A stretch of 64,000 nucleotides of DNA from the human T2T-CHM13v2.0 reference genome, Homo sapiens: NCBI RefSeq assembly GCF_009914755.1, contig NC_060935.1; one strand, 5' to 3'. Below the pieces are notes generated by a model that was not told where the DNA came from, ran no database searches, and worked only from the letters and a program-made list of their open reading frames with translations. Below, one piece after another: positions 35,398 through 50,759 of the stretch. The number at the start of each line of letters is the position of its first letter. The stretch's first letter is position 1. The translations under genes were made by a program, and so were the position numbers.

Positions 35398-36322
35398 CTA
35401 TAACTTATAAATTATTTACAGACTGCGGGCTGAGTGACCCATACATTTTTGCCACTTCCTGAGTCTTCTGTCTTTTATCTGTAAAACCTGACAGTGAAGA
35501 AGTGAACATTGTGTTGGGTTAATAGAATCTTAAAAGATTTTCTCAGGTGGCCGAACAGAACTTGGGAGAAACAGGACACACAAAGCCTCGAGTCTATCTC
35601 GGAAAAGGAAACTTTTACAAAAGCTGTACAGATCAGGCTCTTTTCATTATGATAATATCTTCTGCAACATTCTACCAATGCCACCCCTCCCCAGTCCCAC
35701 CACTAATACACCTCACATCCTATAATAAAACAAATGGGCAAGCAAGGAGACTTCTGATATTTGGCTGTTTGAGGTGTTTTTCTCCTTTCCACAGTTTTCT
35801 AGAACTCCTTAACATTCCAATAACTTCCTTGCTTCTCTAACCATTTCTGAATTCTTGGCACCTACCATAATATTTTAAATTCAATGAGAAATAATTTTCT
35901 ATCAGGAGAGCCATAAACCACTACAGATAAAAGGAAATACAGAATGTAGCAAAGGCAGGTGATTACATAAACAACATTAAGAGCTGTTTGGCCTTAGGGA
36001 AAATGTGACTCACTTGCTTGGCAAAATCACTTGTTAAAACACAGCGCACAGAGTAGAGGGTAAGCATATTCTTAAAAATTTTGGTTTTCAGGGCAGCACA
36101 AAGCTATTATGTTTGGAAATAGACTTCTGTAAAGATTAACCTTCAGCCTCCACCATTTCAGTAAATATGAATACACACATTATCTTTCTCGGTCCTCTCC
36201 ATAGCCCTTGGGAGGTTAGTATTATTGTCATCCCCATTTTGTGAATGAGGTTACCAGGTCTGGGCTTTGCAGGAGCCAAGGCAGGGAGAGAAGGTGAGAG
36301 GTGAGGCTCCATAGGTAGGTAG

Positions 36323-36654
<332 letters not shown>

Positions 36655-36861
36655 CAAGAAAGAGTTTTAAGCAAGGCATGACAAGTTTGGCTTTGAGTCA
36701 TTTTAATACATGGCATGAGGAGTTAATTGGAGGGGCAAGGCTGGCACATAGAGGCCAGTTTGGAGACCATCGTGTTTTCCAAGGGGAGGCATAGTGGGTA
36801 CAAAATTTAGAGATGCTCATTCTCAGGGTTGTGCAAGTGCCTGCTTAAATTTGTGTCCTTT

Positions 36862-37047
36862 CAGGGGGTGGGGGGCTAGGGGAGGGATAGCATTAGGAGA
36901 AATACCTGATGTAGATGACGAGTTGATGGGTGCAGCAAACCACCATGGTACGTGTATACCTATGTACCAAACCTGCACATTCTGCACATGTATCCCAGAA
37001 CTTAAAGTATAATAAAAAATAAATAAATAAAATAAAATAAAATAAAA
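36862..37047 (+). mobile_element. Short L1PA 3'UTR stub
   Basis: GGGAGGGATAGCATTAGGAGAAATACC...AGAACTTAAAGTATAAT plus A-rich tail; TSD AAATTTG(TG/CA)TCCTT showing CpG decay. Confidence 0.9.
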
Positions 37048-37784
37048 ATTTGCATCCTTGCACCTAACTTGCCTCACCCCAGTTCCAGCTCGCTGAGAAT
37101 ATGAACTGCTGAATTTATAACTGATCGTTTACCTGTCAGCTGAGGTATTCATGCTTATGAAAACCCTCTAGCTGGAGGGGTAATTACTAAAAATGAGACC
37201 CTGTAAAATGCTGCTATACCCAACATACAACAGCATACATAAACACACCTATGAGTATGATAAAAAGAGCTCATTCCTGTGGGTGAGCAAGATGGGGTTG
37301 ACTGCTCAGGATGAGACGCTTGGGAAAGTGTAATGACAATGGAGGAAACAGAGATGCTTTTTCTTCTGATGTGGGAACAAGTTTATCAAGAGAGATGGTG
37401 GCTCCTCAGTGTGGGAGGTAGCACAGTTTTAAGAGCCAAGATCATGCGAAGGAGGATAGTGTTCATCCATGTGCAAGGCAGCCTTAGAAAAGAATGGAGT
37501 TGAAGCTTCTTGATATCCACTCGCGTGCTTCACCAGTGGTCTTCAAACATATTTCCTCGGATGTCCTCTAAACAAACAAATCACCAACCATAACAAAAGC
37601 CTCGAGGATGAGAACAAACGGAGGTGAAGAACGGGAAAAATAAAGCCTCAAGGGCTGTTGTGAAAATTAAGTGAGAAAGTGAATGGAAAGTCCTGTTAGC
37701 ACAATGCCCACAGTTTTTGTTCCCTTGATGTTCATTTCATAATTTCATTTTGAGCTATTTAGGGAATCTGATAGGTGATAATAA

Positions 37785-38000
37785 GAGCTATCATTTGTTG
37801 AATGATTACAAAAGTGTAAGCACTTTACCTGCATTATTTAATCCTTACAATAACCTATTTTACAGATAATGAATTGAGGCTCAGAGAAGTTAATTTAGTT
37901 GCCCAAGGGCACATAGTAGTAAATGGCTTAGATGGATTTAAGGCCCAGTTAGTCTGACCCTAGCAGAGCCATGACATTAACCACTGCATCCTACTGCCTC
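37785..38000 (-). mobile_element. MIR
   Basis: TTTTACAGATAATGAATTGAGGCTCAGAGAAGTTAA..TTGCCCAAGG core. Confidence 0.8.
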
Positions 38001-39249
38001 TCCTGGCTTCAGAGCCACAGGATGAGACAAATACCTGGCAAAGGACCTCCCACTGAGCCCTGTTTCCCAGACAAGCACCTCCAAGGAGAAATTTTTCAGC
38101 CTTCCTGAGGAAACAATTTCATGTCTTGAAGCCTCTCACTGGGACTACTCTGAGAACATCTCTTTGCTGTCAAAACCTAGTTGTTTCTTGCTTTTATTTC
38201 AACTCATTGCAGCTTATTTAGTTGAGCTGGAAAAGCTTGAAATAATACGAAATTAAAATGTTATTTCAAAATACTTATGTCACCATTCTTCATCACAAAC
38301 AGCTCCATCCTTTGGACTCATGGACAACAGTGATTCATTTCTGACTTTCAAGATCATGCCCCAGTTGGTAAAAATAAAATGTATTTTGGGGGTAACAAAA
38401 TAAAATTATTCATTGCCAAGGGACTGAGGCTCAAAAATCATTTTTTCTTGAATAGAATTTATGAAAAAGAAACTAGCTTGCTTTCCTAATGACTGGACAC
38501 CTCTTCTTTGTGCTTTGTTCCGATTGCTGTGCTTTTTTATTCATGCTGAAGTTTGAGGGCAGCTTTACATCCTGCACTGCCTCAGATATGTCTATTTGTA
38601 GCACCACATGGAATGCCAAATATTCACCAAACAACATACACCCAACTTGCATTATTATACCTTCAAAAGAAGAAAAAGCAAGCCGTTGTAAATGACTTAG
38701 CTGGATTTAAGGCCCAGTTAGTCTGACCCTAGCAGACTCACTGCTAGGGTCTCATTGACACAAGACAGCAGATCCTTGACATTTTCAAGAAGCATTCCCA
38801 AGACTGACAAATCCCTCAGAATGACGTATGTGAAAATGTTTATGCTGGAACCTAATTGCCCTCCAAATTACATTTTTATCAAAAGTGACATGTTTCCTAT
38901 ATACAACCTTACAATATAATTAAGTAGTCATTTTTCACTGAAGGTTTAGCTTCCTCTTAATAAGCAAATTGCGGCTGTCTGGGCACTCACTCAAAGTACC
39001 ATAAAGTCCTCTTTTCTCTTTTTAAGTGTATGGATTGGTCCTGTTCACATCAGACACCTGAGCCCTTTCTAACATTCCCCACTTTAAAGTGACTTGAAGT
39101 TTGAATCTCTGGCCAACCACAATGACTTCTTCTTAGAAGTAAATGTAGGAAGCTGCTTTGGTCATTTTTCATGGCGAGTAATCAAAGTAAGTGGTGTAAA
39201 TGTGATAAAACAGAAATGGAAGTTTAAGAAAATTATTTATAATAATACT

Positions 39250-39909
39250 TGTTATAGACTGAATTTCCCCCCCCCCCACAAAAAAAAAATCATGTGTTCA
39301 AGACTTAGCCTGTGGTGCGACTGTATTTGGAGGTAGGGTCTTTGGGGAAGTAATTACGACTAAATGAAATCATAAGGATGGGCCCTAACCTAATCGAACC
39401 AGTGTCCTCACAAAAAGAGGAAGAAATACCAGATTTCTCTCTCTTTCTTTCTCTCCCTCTGCATACACACAGAAGAAAACCCATGTGAGGACACAGCAAG
39501 AAGACAGATATCTACAAGCCAAAAAGAGAGCCCTCACTGGACATCAAGCCTGATGTCACCTTGATCTTGAACTTCCAGCCTCTAGAATTGTGAAAAAGTA
39601 AATTTCTATTGCCAGGGGTGTCCAATCTTTTGGCTTCCCTGGGCCATACTGAAAGGAAAAGAATTGTCTTCGACCACTCATAAAATACACTAACACTAGT
39701 GACAGCTGATATGCTTTTTAAAAATCTCATAATGTTTTAAGAAAGTTTACGAATTTGTGTTGGGCTGCATTCAAAGCCATCCTGGGCTGCATGCAGCCTG
39801 CAGCCCGTGGGTTGGACAAGCTTGTATAAAGCCCTCCAGCCTGTGTTTTTTTGTTTTTTTTTTTTTTGTTTGTTTGTTTTTGCTATGGCAGCTTTAACAG
39901 ACCAATACA
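39250..39909 (+). mobile_element. MLT1 LTR with nested MER30 (39613-39823)
   Basis: MLT1 motifs (GTGACTGTATTTGGA, GAACTTCCAGCCTCTAGAA); MER30 CAGGGGTGTCCAATCTTTTGG...GGGTTGGACAAGCTTG. Confidence 0.85.
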
Positions 39910-40059
39910 ATACCACTGGATATAATTAAAAATGATTATTTAACCAACAAAAGTAGGAACTGGTGAGGGTTTGGAAGCAAAGTCTGGGAGAAGTGAGGAA
40001 GTGGAGCATTGTAAGTGAGGTAATTACTCATGGGTTTTGCTTGTTGTTTTTAAAAGGCT

Positions 40060-40940
40060 TCATTTTTTAAACAGCAGTTTTAGGTATAGATTTCCCATAT
40101 ATCCTCTGCCTGCGCACACACACAGCCTCCCTCATGATCAACATCCCCCACCAGAGTGATACATTTGTTACAACTGATGAACCTAAAGATACATCACTGT
40201 CATCCCAAGTCCACAGTTTACATTGAAGTTCAATCTTGGTGTTGGACATTTGTGTAAACATTGGACATTGGATAAGTCATGTATCCACCATTATAGTATT
40301 ATACATAGTAGTTTTGCTGCTCTAAAAATTCTCTATGCTCATTAATTCATTAATTAATTCATTATTCCCTTCCCCCAGCCCCTGGAAACCACTGATCTTT
40401 TTAAAGTCTTTATAGTTCTGCCTATCTCAGACTGTCATATGGTTGGAATCCTACAGTATGTATGTAGCCTTTTCAGACTGGCTTCTTTCATTTAGTAATA
40501 TGTACTTAAGTTTTCCATCATGTCTTTTCATGGCTTGATAGCTCATTCATTTTAGCACTGAATAATATTACCTCGTTTGGATGTACCACAGTTTGTCTGT
40601 CCATTCACCTACTAAAGGACATTTTGTTTGCTTCTAGATTTTGGCAAGTATAAATAAAGCTTGCCAAAATAAACATTTACATGCAGGATTTTGTGTGGAC
40701 ATAAATTTTCAAAGTTTTTGGGTAAAAACCAAGATGTGCAGTTGCTGAATATTATGATTAGAGTATGTTTAATTTTGTAAGAAACCATCAAACTCTCCTC
40801 CAAAGTGGCTGTACAACTTTTTGCGCCCCCACCAACGATGAATGGGAGCTCCTGTTACTCCACATCCTCATCAGCACTTGGTGTTGTCATTGTTCAGAAT
40901 TTGGGCCACTCTAATAGGTGTGTAGTGGTCTCTCATCATT
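40060..40940 (-). mobile_element. Old L1M 3' end
   Basis: Antisense ORF2 C-terminal/3'UTR motifs (CCAAAGTGGCTGTAC, CCACATCCTCATCAGCACTTGG). Confidence 0.8.
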
Positions 40941-40951
40941 TTTTTTTCTGA

Positions 40952-41252
<301 letters not shown>

Positions 41253-42176
41253 TGAATATGCTTTCATTTATTTAAATTGCAAATTCTCTTGGAATACACA
41301 TCATGTCTGAAATGTGTGCATCTTTTCTGCTTGATTTTCTGTTTATGGTGACACCTAAGTAAGCTTTTAAGTGACTAAGTTGCACACCATGTCTTAAATA
41401 ATTAATACGTAAGAGAAGGTGGATTTTAAAAACTTCTTCAAGGAATACTTATGCAAAGTGAATTATGGGACTTTTGTTAAAGATGCATGATAAGGCAGAT
41501 GCAAGATGCTCTGTGACTACTATAAACAGATAGAAAAGTTCTTTAAAACTAAGAAATGGAAAGGTCCAGATGTCATCAACAAGAAGTAAACTAACATCTA
41601 AATGGGGAGTAGGAATTGATGCGATAACTGCTCATGGTGATATCAGGATTTAATATACATTTTAGACGCTGAATTTATATTGCCTTTATGAATATGGAGG
41701 CTACATTCATGGGTGGGGAAGGGGAAGCTGGAACTCCCTGCCTAAAGGTAGAAGCCTATATATGTGCTATCAGAGTGAATGGTGGAAGGGGGACTACTGG
41801 CATGAGTAATGATATAGAAGCTTCTCATTCATCCTGCACCATGGATGGAAAAATAGAGTTACCCACAAGAAACTGGAAATCGAGGACAGCTCCATGTTTG
41901 GATGTAAGGCCAAATTCACAATAATCACAGGGTATGGAAAGCCTAAGCTGAGAAACAACTTTAAAACTCATAAGAGTGGTAATGGCCAAAAAGCTTGGTC
42001 AGATTCTGTAGTAACAACTAAAAATATGGAAAAAAATATTAAAACAACTGTATGAAGGCCCTGTAGAAATTGAATAGGGGTCCACCCTCAAAATACAGCA
42101 ATTACAATTGGTGTGATTTGGGAATCTGAGACATTCCCCAATATACACGAAACTCAAGGGACAAATTTCAGGGCTT

Positions 42177-42570
42177 CCATAAAAAGGAACAAGATGATGT
42201 CCTTTGCAGGGGTATGGATGGAGCTGGAAGCGGTTATTCTCAGCAAACTAATGCAGGAACAGAAAACCAAACATCGCATATTCTCAGCAAACTAATGCAG
42301 GAACAGAAAACCAAACATCGCATATTCTCACTTATAAGTGGGAGCTGAATGGTGAGAACACATGGACACATGGTGGGGAACAACACACACTGGGGCCTGT
42401 CAGGAGTGGGGTTGGGAGAGGGGGAGCATCAGGAAGAATAGCTAATGGATGCTGGGCTTAATACCTAGGTTATGGGATGATCTGTGCAACAAACCACCAA
42501 GACACACATTTATCTATGTAACAAACCTGCACATCACCCACATGTGCCTCAGAACTTAAGATAAAAGTTG
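42177..42570 (+). mobile_element. L1PA 3' end carrying a perfect 44-bp tandem duplication
   Basis: MSFAGVWMELEAVILSKL ORF2 end and 3'UTR; 42235-42278 equals 42279-42322. Confidence 0.88.
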
Positions 42571-42574
42571 AAGA

Positions 42575-42967
<393 letters not shown>

Positions 42968-44272
42968 CTAAAATATGAATATACACTGGGTCCAAATCCT
43001 GTGCAGACAACTAAAGTGTGCATGTGTTGGAGGCCTCAGAGAGCCCAGCTAAAAAGCGGCAGAAGAAAGCTGAAGAAAGTGGGTAGAGATTTCAGCTGCT
43101 GCCCACCACAAGGGGCATCAAGGTTAACGTCCCGCAAGACCAAAAAAAGAAAAACAAAACTCTTCAGGGAAATATAAAATCTCTCTCTAACATGCCACTA
43201 TAATGTCCAGTAGGCAATCAATGAGAAATCACTAGACATACCAAAAAAACAGATAAATATGACCCTCTACAGGAAAATCAGGCAATGGAAACCAGTCTGG
43301 AGATGACCTAGATGTTGCAATTTGCAGACAAGAAGATTTAAAGCACAACTATTATAATATTTTAATATTTTAAAAGAAAATATATTCAAAATGGAGGAAC
43401 AGATGGAAAATCTCTGCAGAGAAATAGATGTTACTTAAAAAATCACACAAGGGATAGATGGGACTTCTGTAATGATGACATAAGAAGGTCATACAATTCC
43501 TCTTAAAGATAACAATTATAAAAACTGGACAAAATTATTAAAAACAACTATTTGAAGGTACTACAAAAAGTTCCAGTGACTGGCAGGCACTTGTGAAGAG
43601 TTTACTCCTGAATGACCAATAATATATCAGGTAAGAAATGAAAGTTTATGGCTCTTTCTTCTTGGAGCTCCCCAACTTTGCCAAGCTCTGCTGAGGAACT
43701 AACTATGGCAGCCTTGCCATCGGGGAGGGCCACACAGGTTTCAGAGAGGTAGAACAGCTGAAAATTTAAGAGGGAAATTCTGGACATTAGAACTCTACAG
43801 AAAGACTGAGATTTAAAATCTGAATATAAATTTTGCCAAAATCCTTGGCTTACCACTCAAATATGCAAATACAAGGGAGCCTCCAGGGAGCCAGGCTTAA
43901 CAAAGCAGAACCTGGGAGCCAAAAGAACTGAGCACAGAGGTCTGACCACCAAGGCTGCTGAAGCCGCAACAGCCTAACTCTCCCACTGATCACAACTAAA
44001 AACTCTAAACAAAATTCTAAAAGCAACTATTTAAGGACTCTCAAAAGTGAAAAAAAAAAAAAAGCCGATTGTGGAGGTGAGTCAAAACTTGGAGAAGTGA
44101 TACTCTAAGGGGTAGCACTCCCAGGTTTGGGGGTGCTTTTTCCTTTTTTCTCCAGGTTTTGCCCCAGTTGCCAAGCTGCATGGTAGAACAGTAGTGTAGA
44201 TACCTAAAATTTCAATCAAAACTCCATAATTTTGGCCAGAGAAACCTGATAAGGGGCCTCTGTGAGCTGGAG

Positions 44273-44274
<2 letters not shown>

Positions 44275-44307
<33 letters not shown>
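44275..44307. repeat. (GT)n microsatellite
   Basis: About 16 uninterrupted GT units. Confidence 0.95.
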
Positions 44308-44308
<1 letters not shown>

Positions 44309-44354
44309 TTGGGGGGGTGCCCTGAGGACGAGAGAGTCTGGAAAGGGGACTTCT

Positions 44355-44644
<290 letters not shown>

Positions 44645-44679
44645 GAAAGGGGACTTCTTAATTCTGTGTGTGAACCTGC

Positions 44680-45248
44680 TATTGGTGGGCTGGGGAAGGT
44701 TCCCAAATGCTGGTAGGACCTCAACCCCAGCTGATGTCCAGACTCTTGACAGCATGGCAAGAAGGAATTCAAGGATGAGTCAGAAAATAATGAGAGTGTG
44801 GAGATTTACTACAAAGTAAAAAGTACAGGGGAGAGTGGGAGTACTCCAGAGAGATGCACAGTTGGGTTTGAGGTTTCTACCTTTATGGATTTCTTTAAGG
44901 AGTGGAATATTCATGAAGATTCCTGGACAAAGGTGAAGATTTCTTGAACTGTGGTGTCACCCATTTTTATACCAAATGTGAGTGTTCCTGGAACTGTCAT
45001 GATGCTAGTGGTTGTGTGATTTAGTTTGTTAATGAGCATATAATGAGGTCCTAGGAGAAACCTAGGTCAATTCAGTACCATATTGGGTCCAGTTGGTCTT
45101 AGCCAGCTTGGCCCACACCCTGATTTTCAGGATCTTATTGGCCCCTACCTTAGGCAGCTATTTCAACAGTTCCCTTTTTGTTAGTCATCCGAAACCGCTG
45201 CCTGGAATTTTCTATTCTCCTGCCACCACCCTGTATTATTCCTATCTT
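44680..45248 (-). mobile_element. ERV1-class LTR (family not named)
   Basis: GAAGGAATTCAAGGATGAG...TTTAC/TTTAT and GTTAATGAGCATATAATGAG motifs typical of antisense MER4-group LTRs. Confidence 0.5.
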
Positions 45249-45737
45249 GAATCAGCATAGGTCCTGGGCTTACCCCAAGCTTCACATGCGTGGGACAGAC
45301 TCGTAGAAACACGGCAAAGTCATTGAGAACTAAATTAAAAATTTAAACCACTCAGTGGCCAGTCTGAATGGCGCATACGTGAGATAAACCTGAAACAGCA
45401 GAGCAAAGATTTGAAAACTGAACTGAGATTGAAACCACTGGTCAAAATGGAAGAGACAGAACTTGTAGGCTAAACTGAAGTGGATCGATTTCCTGCTAAA
45501 ACGAAAAATCAACATTCTTTACAGAATTATAAGGGGGTTCAAGTCTAAGCAACACAATATTCAAAATGGCTAGGATACAATCCAAAATTATACGACGAAC
45601 AAAGAACCAAGAAAATGTGACAAATTTTCAAGGAAAAATGACAGTCAGGAGATGCCAACCCAGATATTAAAATTATCAGACTTTCAGTAAGCTATTATCA
45701 CTTTGCTTCATGAGATAAAGGTGGTCTCACCTGAAGT

Positions 45738-46548
45738 AAAACACATGAAGAAATGCTCATCATCACTGGCCATCAGAGAAATGCAAATCAAAACCACTAT
45801 GAGATATCATCTCACACCAGTTAGAATGGCAATCATTAAAAAGTCAGGAAACAACAGGTGCTGGAGAGGATGTGGAGAAATAGGAACACTTTTACACTGT
45901 TGTGGAACTGTAAACTAGTTCAACCATTGTGGAAGTCAGTGTGGCGATTCCTCAGGGATCTAGAACTAGAAATACCATTTGACCCAGCCATCCCATTACT
46001 GGGTATATACCCAAAGGACTATAAATCATGCTGCTATAAAGACACATGCACACGTATGTTTATTGCGGCACTATTCACAATAGCAAAGACTTGGAACCAA
46101 CCCAAATGTCCAACAATGATAGACTGGATTAAGAAAATGTGGCACATATACACCATGGAATACTATGCAGCCATAAAAAATGATGAGTTCATGTCCTTTG
46201 TAGGGACATGGATGAAATTGGAAACCATCATTCTCAGTAAACTATCGCAAGAACAAAAAACCAAACACCGCATATTCTCACTCATAGGTGGGAATTGAAC
46301 AATGAGATCACATGGACACAGGAAGGGGAATATCACACTCTGGGGACTGTGGTGGGGTCGGGGGAGGCGGGAGGGATAGCACTGGGAGAGATACCTAATG
46401 CTAGATGACACGTTAGTGGGTGCAGCGCACCAGCATGGCACATGTATACATATGTAACTAACCTGCACAATGTGCACATGTACCCTAAAACTTAGAGTAT
46501 AATAAAAAAAAAAAAAAAAATTAAAAAAAATAAAAAAAAAATAAAAAG
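45738..46548 (+). mobile_element. 5'-truncated L1HS, pre-Ta subfamily
   Basis: 3'UTR GATGAC-ACG-TTAG (pre-Ta ACG), AAAACTTAGAGTATAAT (diagnostic G), GAGATCACATGG, GAATATCACAC; long A-tail. Confidence 0.9.
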
Positions 46549-47094
46549 AAAGAAAACTTGTTAACAGAGGAAAAAAAAAAAACTATGAAAAAAGAAAGGG
46601 AAATTTCAAAAATGAAAAATAAAACGTGAAATAGGATATTCATTGGGTAGGCTAAATAGAATGTTTATGACAGAGTACAAGTTAGTAAACTTAAAAATAG
46701 ATTTTTAAAAAAATTAGAAGAACAAAAAGAAAAACCTTGACAAAAAAATAGAGATGTAGGAACTTACAGGACAACATCGAAAGGTCTAATATACATCTCA
46801 TTGGAGTCTAAAAAGTACAGAAGAAAGAGAACATGACAGAAAAAATATTTGAAGAAAAAATATACCTGAAAACTTCTCAAATTTGGTAAAAAGCATCAAC
46901 ATTCAGGTTAAAGAAGTTCACTGAAATTCAGAGAGAATATATTCAAAGAAAAAAAAAGCCTGGGCATATAATAATGAAATTGCTGAAAACCAAATATTTG
47001 GAAAAAAAATCTTGAAGTAGCTAGAGAAAAACAACAATTCAAATGAATGAAGATTTCTCTTAGAAATCATGGTGGTCAGAACACAGCAGAATAA

Positions 47095-48013
<919 letters not shown>

Positions 48014-50059
48014 TAAAAGACTGTCAACCAAGAATTATGTGCATTCTTCTAAAGTGAATTACTGAATTTAGTATGGTTGCAGGATAAGAATTTTGTGTAC
48101 ACACACACAATGACAAGATTTGTCTCAAGGATGCAAGGTTGTTTCACCATTTTAAAATTAATTAATGTAATTTACCATACTTGTAGAATAAAGAATAAGG
48201 AAACCCACATTATCATCTCAATATATAAGAAAAGATCATTTGATAAAATTCAGCCACCTATTCATTAATACTCTAAGCACTCTAAGAATAGAAGAAAATA
48301 TGTATCTAGAGAAAACCTATGACAGATATCATACATGATAGTGAAAGTCTGAATGCTTTCTACTTAACATCCTAAACAAGGCAAGCGTATCCATGTTCAC
48401 CACTTCTTTACTATTGTACACAAAAACATAATTAGTGCATTAAAACAAGGAAAATATATAAAAGTCATATATATTAGAAAGAAGTAAAACCATTTTTATT
48501 TGCAGATGACATAGTGATGTACATAGAAAATCCTAAGGAATCTACAAAAGAAATCTACTAAAATGAATTACTGAATTTAGCATGGTTGCCGGATAAGAGT
48601 CCAGTATTTTTTTTAAGTTTTCTATATCTTGGATTTACAAGAAGTAATGAGAAGTACCAGAAGCAATAACCTAGCAAATGCCCTTAGGGACTGACAGAGG
48701 AAAGGAACTTTAATGAGACAGTAATTAAAGTGAGAAAAGGAGACTCAGCAAAAAAGGGAGAGAAGAGATTCCAGCTTCCCCTAGAAAATCAAGCATCTGG
48801 CTAATAAAATTCATTTGCATGTGTAAGATCTAAAAATGCATACAGCATTTCTGAGAGACAGAGCTAGATAGCTCTTCCTTTGAAGTGACTATGTCTGGGA
48901 TTATTACCTGTTTTCTACTAAGAGCTAGGTACTCTTCCTTTGAAGTGGCTATTCTGGGTTAACTACCTGTTTCTCTACCTGAAAGCCTCTGATCCCTAGG
49001 ATCTGGGAGTGTTACTTACCTAAGAGGAAAATTGGACTCTAGTTTCAATCTCACTGAGGGACCAATTCTATGGCTATCAGAGTAACATCAAAGTATGAGA
49101 CAGACTTCAAACCATGTCTTCTTTTCCTGAATTCCTCAGCTAAATCAAGGATATAAAAAGGGCTCAGATTTGGAGGAGAAAAATTTTTGAAAAAAAAATT
49201 TGTAGAGAGCTGTTGCCTATTTATCTCCCACCCCCCTGAGAGATGAGATATGTGAGTTTCTATTTTCTTAATTTCAACTAATAAAGGAGTTTCCTTGAGA
49301 TTCTCTGTCCCCTGGAATCCAGGGACACTGTGGACATGTGTCTGGTCCAGGTGCTCATAGGAGGTAGGATAAGGACTGAACCACTGCTTTGGTGGCATAG
49401 CAAAGAGAAGGTTGCCATGCTAGAATTACCTGAATTGCTTCAGTGTGTCTGAGGAAAAAAGAATGCCTGAGTGTTCTCTGTGAACAAGATGTCAGTCACA
49501 TGGAGACAGAGAGTAGAACTGGAGTTACTGGGGGAGAGAATAGACTCTAGCATGCAAATCACAGTGGAATGGATCAGCAGTAAACAAGAGGCCGAGGGCA
49601 GAGTGTTTCCTGGAACACTGATCAAATGTATCCCCTTTGTTTTGAGGATTATGGCAAGAGGTCCTTGGAGAGCCTCTGCAGAGCCACTGAAAACACCCAT
49701 AAAACAAAGTTAGCTTCATCTATCTGCCCAAGCCAGAAAGGATGAAGTCACCCCAGCAAGTTAAGAACTCTTAACTCTCTTCCCTCTCTTTGACTCGCTT
49801 CTCATTGAAGATCCAAACAGGAGCTAAAGAGTTAAAGTTGTGATGAGGGATGTCAGAGTAGATGCCAGTCATACCCCTAATTCCGAGAGTAGGAAACTGC
49901 CACAAATGTTAGGGAAGTGGGGGAAGATTTCACTTTAGATAAAGATTGAAGGACTGACTCTTGTACCTGACATTTTAATTTTTGAAATAAAAATTTGAAA
50001 CAGTTTTTGATGTAAAGTCTATTTATTTAAAAGTAAGCAAAAAAATTGTTGTAGACCTT

Positions 50060-50759
50060 ACAACATGAAAAACATGATAAATGAAAGAAAAAATTAATAA
50101 ATTGGACTTTATTAAAAGTAAAAACTTCTGCTTTGCCAAAGTCACTGCTAAGAGAATAAAAACACAAGTCACAAACTGGGAAAAGTATTTGCAAAACACG
50201 CAACCGATAAAGAACTTTTGTCCAAAGTATACAAAGAACTCTTACAACTCAACAATAAGAAAACAAACAACCCAACTAAAAAGTGGGCAAAAGATATGAA
50301 CATCTCATAAGAAAAAATATGCAGATGGAAAATAAGCATATGAAAAGATGCTCAGCACCATCCATTATTAGGAAAATGTAAATAAAAATAACAATGGAAT
50401 ATATTACATACCTATTAGGATGGCTGAATTCAAAATATTGACCATGCCAATTGATGGTGAGGATGTAGAGTAACAGGAACACTCATTCATTGCTGGTAGG
50501 AATGCAAAATGTAACACCCATTTTGGAAGACAGTTTGACAGTTTCTTACAAAGCTGAACATAGTCTTACCACATGATTCAGCACTTATGCCCCTAGGTAT
50601 CTACCAAACAGATTTGAAAATTTATATTCACACAAAAAATAGCAAGTGAATATTTATAGAAAATTTATTTATAAATGTCAAAAACTGGAAACAATCACTA
50701 TGTCCCTGAATAAAGGTAAATGGATAAACAAACTGTGGTACATTTATACAACAGAATAC
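50060..50759 (+). mobile_element. Old L1M 3' portion, split by the HERV-H and continuing from 60572
   Basis: KINKLDFIK.KNFC ORF2 motif; ...CAACAGAATAC|TATTC... continuity across the HERV-H. Confidence 0.82.

Noticed and set aside
48862-48980. Diverged ~60-bp tandem duplication (GAGCTAG.TA.CTCTTCCTTTGAAGTG.CTAT...)
   Set aside because: Two imperfect copies only; ordinary old tandem duplication with no further structure
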